Part shown: piece after piece, positions 7,755-15,812 of the stretch
Layout of the letters: the number at the start of each line of letters is the position of its first letter
How positions within the stretch are numbered: position 1 is the first letter of the stretch
Assembly (NCBI RefSeq): GCF_037013405.1
Contig: NZ_CP146064.1
Coordinates: 210,001 to 242,000, forward strand
Reading direction: 5' to 3'
Length of the DNA: 32,000 nt
From: Candidatus Nanosynbacter sp. BB002
GTDB taxonomy: Bacteria; Patescibacteriota; Saccharimonadia; Saccharimonadales; Saccharimonadaceae
Notes under the pieces: model-generated
Databases searched by the model: none
Seen by the model: the letters and a program-made list of their open reading frames with translations, nothing else
What the model was told of the DNA's origin: nothing
Program-made: the position numbers and the translations under genes

Positions 7755-8756
7755 ATGAGTAACCCTACAGAAAAAGCACAAAATTCGCTCCCTCTTATTA
7801 AAAAAGAGCATCGTACCAAAGTACTAATCACCCTCTTTGTCTTGACGGCGCTAGCCGGAGCAGGCTATTGGGCGGTTATAGCTGTGACGAGTGGTAGCGC
7901 GCCGCCAGTAGCGCTAGCATTGCGCTTGGTGTACATCGCGGCTTTGTATATGCCAGTGCCACTGTATACGCTCTTACTGAGTCGATTGATGCTTGGCATA
8001 CCAATACCATTTCGTGCGTTGTTGTCATTGAGGCACATCACCGTGAAGAAGTATGCATTGGTCGCTGGACTGTTTTTGGCCTGGGCAGTATTGATGATTG
8101 GCTCCGTTGTGATTCTTGGCTGGCTGTGGCCAGATACTTTTGGGCACATGGCAACGACTAATGGACACTTGGTGCACAACCTCGAGAAGCTTATCGGCAC
8201 GTCAGTTGATGCCAGCGCGATAAACTTACCGCCGACGCCGCTTGTCATGTTGCCGCTTGGTATCGTCGGTGCATTGATGGCCGGGCTAACGGTAAATGCG
8301 ATCTTTGCGATGACAGAGGAGATACTGTGGCGTGGTTACCTTGCGCAGGCATTTGCTGGACGGCCATTTTGCAAGAAATATGCGACGATTGGCGTGCTAT
8401 GGGGACTGTGGCATATTCCGCTGATTGCCCTCGGGTATAACTATGGCGCAGCGAATGCACTTCCGGGAGTAGTGCTGTTTGTGGGATTTTGTGTAGTTAT
8501 GTCGCTTATGCTTGGTTTCGTCGTTGAGCGGACCCGAAGTGTATGGCTCGCTGCAGTACTGCATGGGACATTTAATGGCTTCTCGAATGTTATGTCGCTT
8601 TTGGTCGTTGGTGGGAGCTCACTACTCGCCAGCTCGGTAGTGGGTGTTGTCTCGCTCGTGGTATGGTTGGTAGTATTTCTCGGCTGCTACATAAGCACTA
8701 CTTTTATACCTGCCACAGATCAATGTGCCAAAGACGTCAAAGCCAAAATATCTTAA
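7755..8756 (+). CDS. CPBP family intramembrane glutamic endopeptidase (CAAX protease / Abi-like)
   Basis: Motif 1 EEILWRGYL, motif 2 LWGLWHIP, motif 3 AAVLHGTFNG, within a polytopic membrane protein. The track ATG at 7701 overlaps the TGGTATAAT at 7704-7712, so the ATG at 7755 is preferred. Confidence 0.8.
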   Translation: MSNPTEKAQNSLPLIKKEHRTKVLITLFVLTALAGAGYWAVIAVTSGSAPPVALALRLVYIAALYMPVPLYTLLLSRLMLGIPIPFRALLSLRHITVKKYALVAGLFLAWAVLMIGSVVILGWLWPDTFGHMATTNGHLVHNLEKLIGTSVDASAINLPPTPLVMLPLGIVGALMAGLTVNAIFAMTEEILWRGYLAQAFAGRPFCKKYATIGVLWGLWHIPLIALGYNYGAANALPGVVLFVGFCVVMSLMLGFVVERTRSVWLAAVLHGTFNGFSNVMSLLVVGGSSLLASSVVGVVSLVVWLVVFLGCYISTTFIPATDQCAKDVKAKIS

Positions 8757-8796
8757 CTAGCCATACGCTAGAAATCTACAGACAGGCAGCACGATA

Positions 8797-8832
8797 TGCT
8801 ATAATAACCATATGCATATTATTCTTGGTGGG
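8797..8832. repeat. master copy of the 36-nt segment duplicated at 6879-6914 (contains TGcTATAAT promoter 8797-8805 and SDR codons 1-7)
   Basis: Direct comparison with 6879-6914. Confidence 0.9.
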
Positions 8833-9480
8833 ACGAGTGGGCTTGGCCTGGAAATGGCGCAGCAGCTCAGGGAAAATGGCAAGCGTGTACTGGTACTGGG
8901 AAAGACGCATAATACCCAGGAGCACGGCGAGGGATTCCCGTTGGATGTGTACTATCCCGAGCAGGTTGAAGCAGCGCCAGCGCGGATTGAGCAGATTTTG
9001 GGTGGCGACGCAATTGAACAATTTGTGTGGGCAGCGGGCTATGGCTGGCGTGGTAATTTCGAGGATCAGCCTGACGCGCGCTCCATGGCTGAGGTGAACT
9101 TCGCTGGTGCGTTGCCGTTGGTACAGTGGGCGTGGCGCAAGATGGCCCGTCAACATCAGAAGTCAGTGTTAACCATCATCGGTTCAACCAGTAGCGTCAA
9201 AGCTCGCGGGGACGAAGCGGTATATGTGGCGACCAAACACGCCCAAGCAGGACTGGCGCGCAGTTTGGGAATGCAGGCGGATGAACAGAAATTGCCAGTG
9301 AAAGTCGCGCTGTTTTTGCCTGGCGCCATGAAAACGCCGTTTTGGAATGGCCGAGAGCTACCAGTTGATTATTTGTTCTTCAATGACCCAGCCAAAGTGG
9401 CCGCGCACATCATTAACGCGGTTAATCACCAGCAGCAACCATTCCTTGAATGGGCGCTACCAAAGGGTACGTTGACGTAA
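8812..9480 (+). CDS. short-chain dehydrogenase/reductase (SDR) family oxidoreductase
   Basis: Cofactor motif ILGGTSGLGLEMA and catalytic YVATKHA (YxxxK). TATAAT ends 6 nt before the ATG. Confidence 0.85.
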   Translation: MHIILGGTSGLGLEMAQQLRENGKRVLVLGKTHNTQEHGEGFPLDVYYPEQVEAAPARIEQILGGDAIEQFVWAAGYGWRGNFEDQPDARSMAEVNFAGALPLVQWAWRKMARQHQKSVLTIIGSTSSVKARGDEAVYVATKHAQAGLARSLGMQADEQKLPVKVALFLPGAMKTPFWNGRELPVDYLFFNDPAKVAAHIINAVNHQQQPFLEWALPKGTLT

Positions 9481-9490
9481 GTTTTTTTCG

Positions 9491-9499
9491 TGATATAGT
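9491..9499 (+). promoter_or_regulatory. extended -10 promoter (TGaTATAGT), 6 nt upstream of the ATG at 9506
   Basis: Read directly. Confidence 0.5.
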
Positions 9500-9505
9500 C
9501 AAGCT

Positions 9506-10504
9506 ATGGAACTAATGGGTATAAACATTGTCGTTATCGGCGGCGGTACGGGTAGCTTCACATTACTGAGTGGATTAAAAAATTATACACACAACATTAC
9601 AGCCCTGGTTAACATGGTGGATGATGGTGGATCAACAGGGCAGCTGAGGGATGAATTGGGGGTTTTGCCGGCTGGTGATGTCCGGCAGTGCTTGGTGGCG
9701 CTGAGTACCTCACCAAAGGTGAGAGACCTGTTTAACTACCGTTTTGATGAAGGTAGTATGAAAGGACACGCGTTTGGCAATCTATTCATGGCAGCCCTAG
9801 AAAAAATGACCGGTAATTTTACCGAAGCTGTCAAAGTAGCCGGAGAAGTGCTCAATATCCGAGGACGAGTAGAGCCCATCACGTTTGATAATATAACGCT
9901 TGTTACGCGACTGGCTGACGGCACGGTTGTCAGGGGTCAGCATGAGGCTGAATCATTGATCATTCCTGTTGGCGAGCGTCCATGGTTGGACTTGGAGCCG
10001 ACTGCTCGCATCAATCCGCAGGCACGGCAGGCGATATTGAGTGCGGATTTGGTGGTGATTGCGCCAGGGTTGTTGTACGGTAGCCTGGCGCCAGCCCTGT
10101 TGGTTAGTGGTGTAACGCGTGCCCTCGCTGAAACCAAGGCCAAAAAGGTGTATGTTTGTAATTTAGTGAACAAGCCTGGTCAGACTGATGAGTTCACGGT
10201 TGCGGATTATGCCAGTGAAATTGAACGGTTTGCAGGTGTTAAATTGGACCACGTATTGTATAACAACCATCGTCCGTCGCAGGAATTGATTGATCGGTAT
10301 GCTAAAGATGGCGAACTACTGGTCGAATGGAACAAAGAAGAGCTAAAAAAGAAGCATTTTTACGCCTCAGGTAAGCGATTGATCGCTGATGAAGTCTGGG
10401 AAAATACTAACGCTGCTAGCGACCCGTTGGCGGCACAGCGTAGTTTGATTCGGCACGATGCTGACAGAGTGGCGCGTGAGTTGATGCGAATTTATTTTGC
10501 CTAG
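9506..10504 (+). CDS. YvcK/CofD-like (UPF0052, gluconeogenesis factor family) protein
   Basis: IVVIGGGTGSFTLLSGLK...LVNMVDDGGSTGQLRDELGVLPAGDVRQCLVAL is the family signature. Confidence 0.85.
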   Translation: MELMGINIVVIGGGTGSFTLLSGLKNYTHNITALVNMVDDGGSTGQLRDELGVLPAGDVRQCLVALSTSPKVRDLFNYRFDEGSMKGHAFGNLFMAALEKMTGNFTEAVKVAGEVLNIRGRVEPITFDNITLVTRLADGTVVRGQHEAESLIIPVGERPWLDLEPTARINPQARQAILSADLVVIAPGLLYGSLAPALLVSGVTRALAETKAKKVYVCNLVNKPGQTDEFTVADYASEIERFAGVKLDHVLYNNHRPSQELIDRYAKDGELLVEWNKEELKKKHFYASGKRLIADEVWENTNAASDPLAAQRSLIRHDADRVARELMRIYFA

Positions 10505-10579
10505 ATGAATTAAAGCCGTGACTGGAGGCGCTATACTTGCAAAATATTATATTTTGTGATATAGTGTAATCTGTTAACC

Positions 10580-12283
10580 ATGACGGACAATACACAAAAT
10601 TCAGCAAAGATGATTGATAATTCTGGCAACTTCTCTCGGAGAGGTGAGATATTTTATCATTCTGAAGCCTTATCTAAGGAACTAGTGGAGACGTTCGGTG
10701 GTCATCATATGACGCCAGCGCGTCGTTCGGCGGCAAGACTGATCATAGAGATGCCGACGGACATTGAGGGGAACGAACGGATTGATTACATCACCTCGGC
10801 ACTTGATAATAATGAAACGATAGTCAGTGAGACCCAGCGAGACGTAGTGATTGGTATCCTTGAGGATTACGAAGTCTTACAAGGTTTGTTTGAATCATAT
10901 ATTGAAGGAGTTGACGAGACGACACTGCAAGGTAAAGCATTGCGGCTGGAGGATGGTCAGCAAATCCCTGGTGACTTAGGAGAGGACAATACACAAAGTC
11001 CATGGTCTGAGAATCCGCCAATCCCGGCGCCACGTATTGATGATTTGATCAAAGCCTTTTCGACAAAAGGTGAGGGTGCTCAGGGTGTTGGGCTGGAGAC
11101 GGCGATGATCGTCGGGGCGGTAACACTCGCTAAATTAAAGACTACGCCGTATCACGACGCAGCAGTTTACAAACAGGCAGTGTTTGCAAAAAACTTTTTG
11201 ATCCCGGTATGTAGTATTGTTGGGCTTGATAATCTAGAGTCTGAGTTGAATGACGAAGTAGATATCATTACTGGGCGAAATATTGGTGATGGTATGGATG
11301 GTAGCGATTTGAGCAACGACATTGATCCATTAATTGATGAAGTCGATAGGGTTGAATCGCTACATTTTGGCCCTAAGGACTCGGTTGATCCTGAGCGATT
11401 TAATTTTGCCATGAATAATATTAATCAAATTTTTTCTAGGTTGCTTGGTAAGCCAGATTTGCGGCCAGCCGTGGAGACAACGTCACCTCACAATACGCTG
11501 TTTGAAGTTGGTACTGTGACCCTGCAAAGCGGTAGTAAGGTAGAAGCGCGAGCTCGCGGTAAGGGGCGAGGCTCGTATCTGAAAAAGTTACTAAGGCGCA
11601 TAGGATATTATGAGCCACATTCTCAGCCACTGAAGGATGAAGGAGAGCTCCATCCGATTGACCTGTACGGCATGGTGGTGATCGCTGAGGATGATACGCA
11701 GATGGCCGATGCATATGTTGAGGCAGTGGTTAATGCTTTGAATGATGAGAATATTACGCCATATCCGTCACCTGGACGAGACAATGAATGCTTTGTTATC
11801 AAGGGATCTCCAGAGTTTCAGGAAAATATTCGTAGAGCAGTTCTTGAGAGGATTCCTGATGCTGACATGGAACTGTTTAGTTTTAAAGATAGCGGTAGGG
11901 ACTTTACCGATGCAAAAATTACTGGTTTTTCTGAGACGGGTGACAAGCGAGTACCATTTGCACCATTTGAGATGCAATTCTCGACGCCAGATGCCCGTTT
12001 GGTGGCACGAACTGGTAAAAAGGCGGCGCACTTCTTCTTTAAACTGCGTAAGGTATATGGTGATTTGGTGAGTATGACTGACGAGACGGCTGATGCGATA
12101 ATCGATATTTGGCAGCGTAAGCAGGATTACTTTACGAGCCCTGAAGATGGTTCTAAGGAAGATCATCTGACGAACCAGAGCCGTGAACGAGTGGTTCACT
12201 TTAAGGAGAAGGCATTAGACAGACGCAAATCTTTGTTAAAGCGTGTTCGCGAGATGGCTAGACGAGCGCTGAATGGTATATAA
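10580..12283 (+). CDS. large hypothetical protein with a divergent RelA/SpoT-like (RSH) nucleotide pyrophosphokinase signature in residues about 320-490
   Basis: R326-x-K328-x3-S332-x3-K336 has the same spacing as GRxKxxxSIxxK. D361-LY-G364 resembles DxxGxR, E464-M-Q466-F-S-T469 resembles ExQxRT, and AAH483FFFK487 resembles AAHWxYK. Two canonical Arg residues are replaced (V366, S468). The N-terminal 300 aa are acidic with no recognised motif. Confidence 0.45.
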   Translation: MTDNTQNSAKMIDNSGNFSRRGEIFYHSEALSKELVETFGGHHMTPARRSAARLIIEMPTDIEGNERIDYITSALDNNETIVSETQRDVVIGILEDYEVLQGLFESYIEGVDETTLQGKALRLEDGQQIPGDLGEDNTQSPWSENPPIPAPRIDDLIKAFSTKGEGAQGVGLETAMIVGAVTLAKLKTTPYHDAAVYKQAVFAKNFLIPVCSIVGLDNLESELNDEVDIITGRNIGDGMDGSDLSNDIDPLIDEVDRVESLHFGPKDSVDPERFNFAMNNINQIFSRLLGKPDLRPAVETTSPHNTLFEVGTVTLQSGSKVEARARGKGRGSYLKKLLRRIGYYEPHSQPLKDEGELHPIDLYGMVVIAEDDTQMADAYVEAVVNALNDENITPYPSPGRDNECFVIKGSPEFQENIRRAVLERIPDADMELFSFKDSGRDFTDAKITGFSETGDKRVPFAPFEMQFSTPDARLVARTGKKAAHFFFKLRKVYGDLVSMTDETADAIIDIWQRKQDYFTSPEDGSKEDHLTNQSRERVVHFKEKALDRRKSLLKRVREMARRALNGI

Positions 12284-12291
12284 TTAATCAT

Positions 12292-12717
12292 ATGACAATT
12301 TACTACACTGACGGTTCTGCTTCGCCAAATCCCGGTCCGGGTGGCTTTGCAGTGATTCGTGATCTCCAGCCGTGGATCTTGGGTTCCGAGGACGGCGAGA
12401 CAACCAATATTCGCATGGAGGGCAAGGCGCTGATTGCGGCGCTTCAGGACGCGGACGGTGCGCCGTGTGTGATTTATACTGATAGTGAATTTTGGATCAA
12501 CGTGGTGACCAAGTGGGCGCCAGGCTGGGAAAAGCGCGGCTGGACAAAGAAGGGTGGCGAGATCAAAAATCTGGATATTGTCCAAGAACTGTATGAGCTA
12601 TATTCAAATTCTCAAGCGGAGCTCCGCTGGGTGCGCGGCCATGAAGGCGACGAAGGAAATGAGCTGGCGGACACTTGGGCCAACCGGGCGCGTGAAGGCG
12701 AACGATTGACTAGATAA
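12292..12717 (+). CDS. rnhA: ribonuclease HI
   Basis: YTDGSASPNPGPGGFAV, EGKALIAAL, IYTDSEF, WVRGHEGDEGNELAD give the DEDD catalytic pattern of RNase H1. TATAAT at 12279-12284 is 7 nt before the ATG and overlaps the upstream stop. Confidence 0.9.
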   Translation: MTIYYTDGSASPNPGPGGFAVIRDLQPWILGSEDGETTNIRMEGKALIAALQDADGAPCVIYTDSEFWINVVTKWAPGWEKRGWTKKGGEIKNLDIVQELYELYSNSQAELRWVRGHEGDEGNELADTWANRAREGERLTR

Positions 12718-12725
12718 CATATTCA

Positions 12726-12734
12726 TGATATAAT
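12726..12734 (+). promoter_or_regulatory. extended -10 promoter (TGaTATAAT), 6 nt upstream of the ATG at 12741
   Basis: Read directly. Confidence 0.55.
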
Positions 12735-12740
12735 ATAAAC

Positions 12741-13016
12741 ATGAGTGAATTGCATTTGCCAAAGCACGTGCAGCTGGATTTACATCCATTTTACTGTTAT
12801 CCAGATCCGGCTGATCGGTTGTACTCGCGCATTGGTGTTGTTACGCAGGTTGAATTGGGTAAAGACGCGCTATGTGTTAAGGCGGGTGTTAGTGATGATA
12901 GCACCCATGACATATTGGCAGCTCGGATTGGTCCGGGCAGAGACCAACGTATGGCGCTGCCACCTGAGATGTATAGTAAAGATGGGCTAGCGTTACGTGG
13001 TATTATCCCAACATGA
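12741..13016 (+). CDS. small hypothetical protein (91 aa)
   Basis: The ORF sits exactly 6 nt after a consensus extended -10. ATGA overlap with the next ORF. No recognisable motif. Confidence 0.5.
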   Translation: MSELHLPKHVQLDLHPFYCYPDPADRLYSRIGVVTQVELGKDALCVKAGVSDDSTHDILAARIGPGRDQRMALPPEMYSKDGLALRGIIPT

Positions 13017-13249
13017 GAGACAGACTTGAGGGAAGGGCTGAGGTCAGCAAAAAAGATATTAACCCAGAGGCCAAACTGACACATGAACAGACGACTCAGT
13101 GTTTAAAAATGGCTGCCTTGGCAATCGGTCTATTTGTAGTCAAACCACCACATGAGGTATTGAAACAGGAAGATCTCAGTAAGATCGTGGTTGATGAGAC
13201 AATGTTGACTGAAGCAGATAAACAATTTGGTCGATATATAACCTCCTAG
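13013..13249 (+). CDS. small hypothetical protein (78 aa)
   Basis: 4-nt overlap (ATGA at 13013-13016) with the preceding ORF. One short hydrophobic stretch, MAALAIGLFVV. No recognisable motif. Confidence 0.45.
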   Translation: MRDRLEGRAEVSKKDINPEAKLTHEQTTQCLKMAALAIGLFVVKPPHEVLKQEDLSKIVVDETMLTEADKQFGRYITS

Positions 13250-13270
13250 CTGGCGGCGACTGGCAAAAAT

Positions 13271-13279
13271 TGCTATACT
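13271..13279 (+). promoter_or_regulatory. extended -10 promoter (TGcTATACT), 6 nt upstream of the ATG at 13286
   Basis: Read directly. Confidence 0.55.
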
Positions 13280-13285
13280 AGGGCA

Positions 13286-14263
13286 ATGGAAGAAGTGAGG
13301 GAAACGACTGATATTTTTTTGTGGGCGAATCAAACTGACGCGAAGAAGAATGATTTACAGATAGAGCTGTTTTTGTTTAATAAAAATTACACGCCGTATG
13401 TTATGCCTCTAAAGGGCGATGTCGAGCAGCAGCTCCGGCCGCTATTTTTGTTTGATTATATCAATCAAGTTAATTTGGGGGCGGGTACCGGCCTTAGCGT
13501 GCGGGATTATGAGCTGAGCGAAGCGGAAGACAACGTACTACTGCGGACAGACCTCGCCAAGGTTGGCCGAGCGGAAACCTTGATTCATTTGATTGAACAT
13601 GAGCGCGGCGACATCGTGGAGTTTTCGGAAACTGAGCATGAGTTTAAGCGAATGAAGGGAATTGTGGCGCGATTTACCGATCCAAATGATCCAGAAAAAA
13701 TCTTTTACACAGCCAAGCTGATCCAGCAGGGGCAGACACTCAAAAGTGCACTGGCGTGGGAGTTTTCTGATGGCATGTTTGGTGCGTTTAAGGCGGAGGT
13801 TGGTTTTAAAGTGCCAGATGATAACCAGGTGCTGATCATCGGGCAGGATATTTTCGCCTTTAATCCAGGCAAGTTTGAGCGGATGTTTGGCTATGAGTAC
13901 AAGAAGCAGGTGATTGCCGATAAGAAAGTGGCGGAGATCGAAAAGGAATATAAATTGAGTTTCCCAGAGGGCTTGGATCTGAACACGCTGGTCAAGGAGC
14001 GCAAAAAGACCATCAATAAACTACAGAAATTGGAGATCGGCGAGGTCAAGCAAGAGCAGGTGCTGGACTATGCTGATGAGATGCAGCTGGAGCTAATGAG
14101 TGATGATAACGGCGCGATTATCATCATGGACGGCAATGATCTGGATATGTTTGTGAACTTGATCAATGAGGACTACATTGAGAGCAAAATTACTGGCAAA
14201 CGCTACGAAATTAAGTCGAAAAAACTGCTGGGTGAGCCTGAGGGTGAACCGCCGCGAGGTTAA
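13286..14263 (+). CDS. hypothetical 325-aa protein, possibly DUF4868 (KwaB-like); partner of the downstream helicase
   Basis: Long clean ORF with no enzymatic motif. The beta-rich N-terminal half (IELFLFNKNYTPYVMPL...LRPLFLFDYI), the central VLIIGQDIFAFNPGKFERMF and the C-terminal DMFVNLINEDYIESKITGKRYEIKSKK recall DUF4868 proteins. This is recollection only and is unverified. Confidence 0.3.
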   Translation: MEEVRETTDIFLWANQTDAKKNDLQIELFLFNKNYTPYVMPLKGDVEQQLRPLFLFDYINQVNLGAGTGLSVRDYELSEAEDNVLLRTDLAKVGRAETLIHLIEHERGDIVEFSETEHEFKRMKGIVARFTDPNDPEKIFYTAKLIQQGQTLKSALAWEFSDGMFGAFKAEVGFKVPDDNQVLIIGQDIFAFNPGKFERMFGYEYKKQVIADKKVAEIEKEYKLSFPEGLDLNTLVKERKKTINKLQKLEIGEVKQEQVLDYADEMQLELMSDDNGAIIIMDGNDLDMFVNLINEDYIESKITGKRYEIKSKKLLGEPEGEPPRG

Positions 14264-14265
14264 GT

Positions 14266-15786
14266 ATGGACCAAGAGTTGGCGCTGGCGATTTTGATGAG
14301 CGGTCGGTCGGCGCTGCTGACGGGTGCGGCTGGTACGGGCAAAACGCACCTGCTGAATACTTTTATTGCACAGGCGCGTGACCAGGGTAAAAAGGTGTCG
14401 GTAACAGCGACGACGGGCTTGGCGGCGACGCATTTGGGCGGCAATACCATTCACAGTTGGAGTGGTATTGGTGTCAGTGATCACTTGGCGAACAACTTTT
14501 TTGATCGGCTGTCAAAAACGCGACGTGAGGTAATTACTAAGACTGATGTGCTGGTGATTGACGAGATTTCCATGCTGCATGATTTTCGGCTGGACATGGT
14601 CGATCGGGTGTTGCGTGGTGTCCGGGAGAATGACCAGCCATTTGGCGGTATTCAGCTAGTGATGAGTGGTGACTTTTTCCAATTACCGCCGATCAATCGT
14701 CCGGGTGAGCAGGGCGGTGGTTTTGTGGTATATTCGGAAGCGTGGCAGGAATTGCAGCCAGCAGTGCTATATTTGGAGCGGCAATATCGGCAAAATGACG
14801 AGCAGCTCCTCGAGATTTTGACGGCACTGAGGAATGACGATATCAGACGGCATCATGCCGAGACCTTGCTAGCGCGGACGGAGGTCGAATTGCCTGATGG
14901 TGATATCACCGAACTACACACCGTCAATGTTGATGTCGACGCCATTAACAGCCAGAAGCTGGCGGAACTGGCGGGTGGGGAACGAACGTACCAGCAGACG
15001 ACGACCGGTTCAAAAGTATATGTCGAGAACTTGCAGCGGTCGGTACTGGCGCCGAGCGAACTCGTGTTGAAACTGGGTGCGTTGGTGATGGCGGTGAAAA
15101 ATTCGCCGCAGAAATTGTACGCCAATGGTAGTATCGGCACGGTGGTGGATTTTGAGCCGCTGACCGATTATCCGATTGTGGAGTTTTGTAGTGGTCAGCA
15201 AGTGACCATGGTGCCGGATGTGTGGGAGCTGCGTGACGGTGAGCGCAAGCGCGCTAGTATTTCTCAGGTGCCGCTGCGGCTGGCGTGGGCTATTACCGTG
15301 CATAAAAGCCAGGGTATGACGCTGGACGCGGCAAAAATTGACCTAAGAAAAGCGTTTGTTGAAGGTATGGGTTATGTGGCCCTCAGTCGGGTGCGAGATC
15401 TTGATAATCTGTATCTATATGGAATTAACCGCAAAGCATTGGCGGTCTCGCCTGATGCACTGGCAATTGACGAGGTGCTGCAGCGGGCAAGTAGTGAGGT
15501 GGCCAAGCATTATCGTCCAATGTTAGAGGAAATGAAGCGAAAACAGTCAGTTCCGAAAAAATCCGGTAAGAAATCTCAGTCCGGCAGCTGGCAGCAAAAA
15601 ATTGCCAAAATGCGCGAAACCTATCCCAAAGCCTACATGCCGTGGGAAAAAGCCGACGACGACATTCTCAAACAGGAGTTCTTGCAGGGCGCAACCATCC
15701 AGCAACTTAGTCAAAAACTTGGTCGCCATGAAGGCTCAATTCGCATGCGACTACAGAAGCATTTTGGGGAAGATATCGTAGCGTAA
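14266..15786 (+). CDS. Pif1/RecD-family SF1B DNA helicase with C-terminal helix-turn-helix extension
   Basis: Walker A GAAGTGKT (14323-14346), Walker B VLVIDEISML, Pif1-type motif SGDFFQLPPI, motif V/VI AITVHKSQGMTLD...YVALSRVR. The C-terminal 70 aa (PWEKADDDILKQEF..ATIQQLSQKLGRHEGSIRMRLQK) look like a small HTH. The ATG is 2 nt after the upstream stop, with a GAGG SD. Confidence 0.85.
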   Translation: MDQELALAILMSGRSALLTGAAGTGKTHLLNTFIAQARDQGKKVSVTATTGLAATHLGGNTIHSWSGIGVSDHLANNFFDRLSKTRREVITKTDVLVIDEISMLHDFRLDMVDRVLRGVRENDQPFGGIQLVMSGDFFQLPPINRPGEQGGGFVVYSEAWQELQPAVLYLERQYRQNDEQLLEILTALRNDDIRRHHAETLLARTEVELPDGDITELHTVNVDVDAINSQKLAELAGGERTYQQTTTGSKVYVENLQRSVLAPSELVLKLGALVMAVKNSPQKLYANGSIGTVVDFEPLTDYPIVEFCSGQQVTMVPDVWELRDGERKRASISQVPLRLAWAITVHKSQGMTLDAAKIDLRKAFVEGMGYVALSRVRDLDNLYLYGINRKALAVSPDALAIDEVLQRASSEVAKHYRPMLEEMKRKQSVPKKSGKKSQSGSWQQKIAKMRETYPKAYMPWEKADDDILKQEFLQGATIQQLSQKLGRHEGSIRMRLQKHFGEDIVA

Positions 15787-15812
15787 GCAGAGTATACGGT
15801 ATAATGATAGAT

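Noticed and set aside
8663-9156. ORFs 8663-9097 (+) and 8776-9156 (-) spanning the CPBP/SDR junction.
   Set aside because: They cross a promoter and gene boundary and are out of frame with the motif-bearing CPBP and SDR reading frames.
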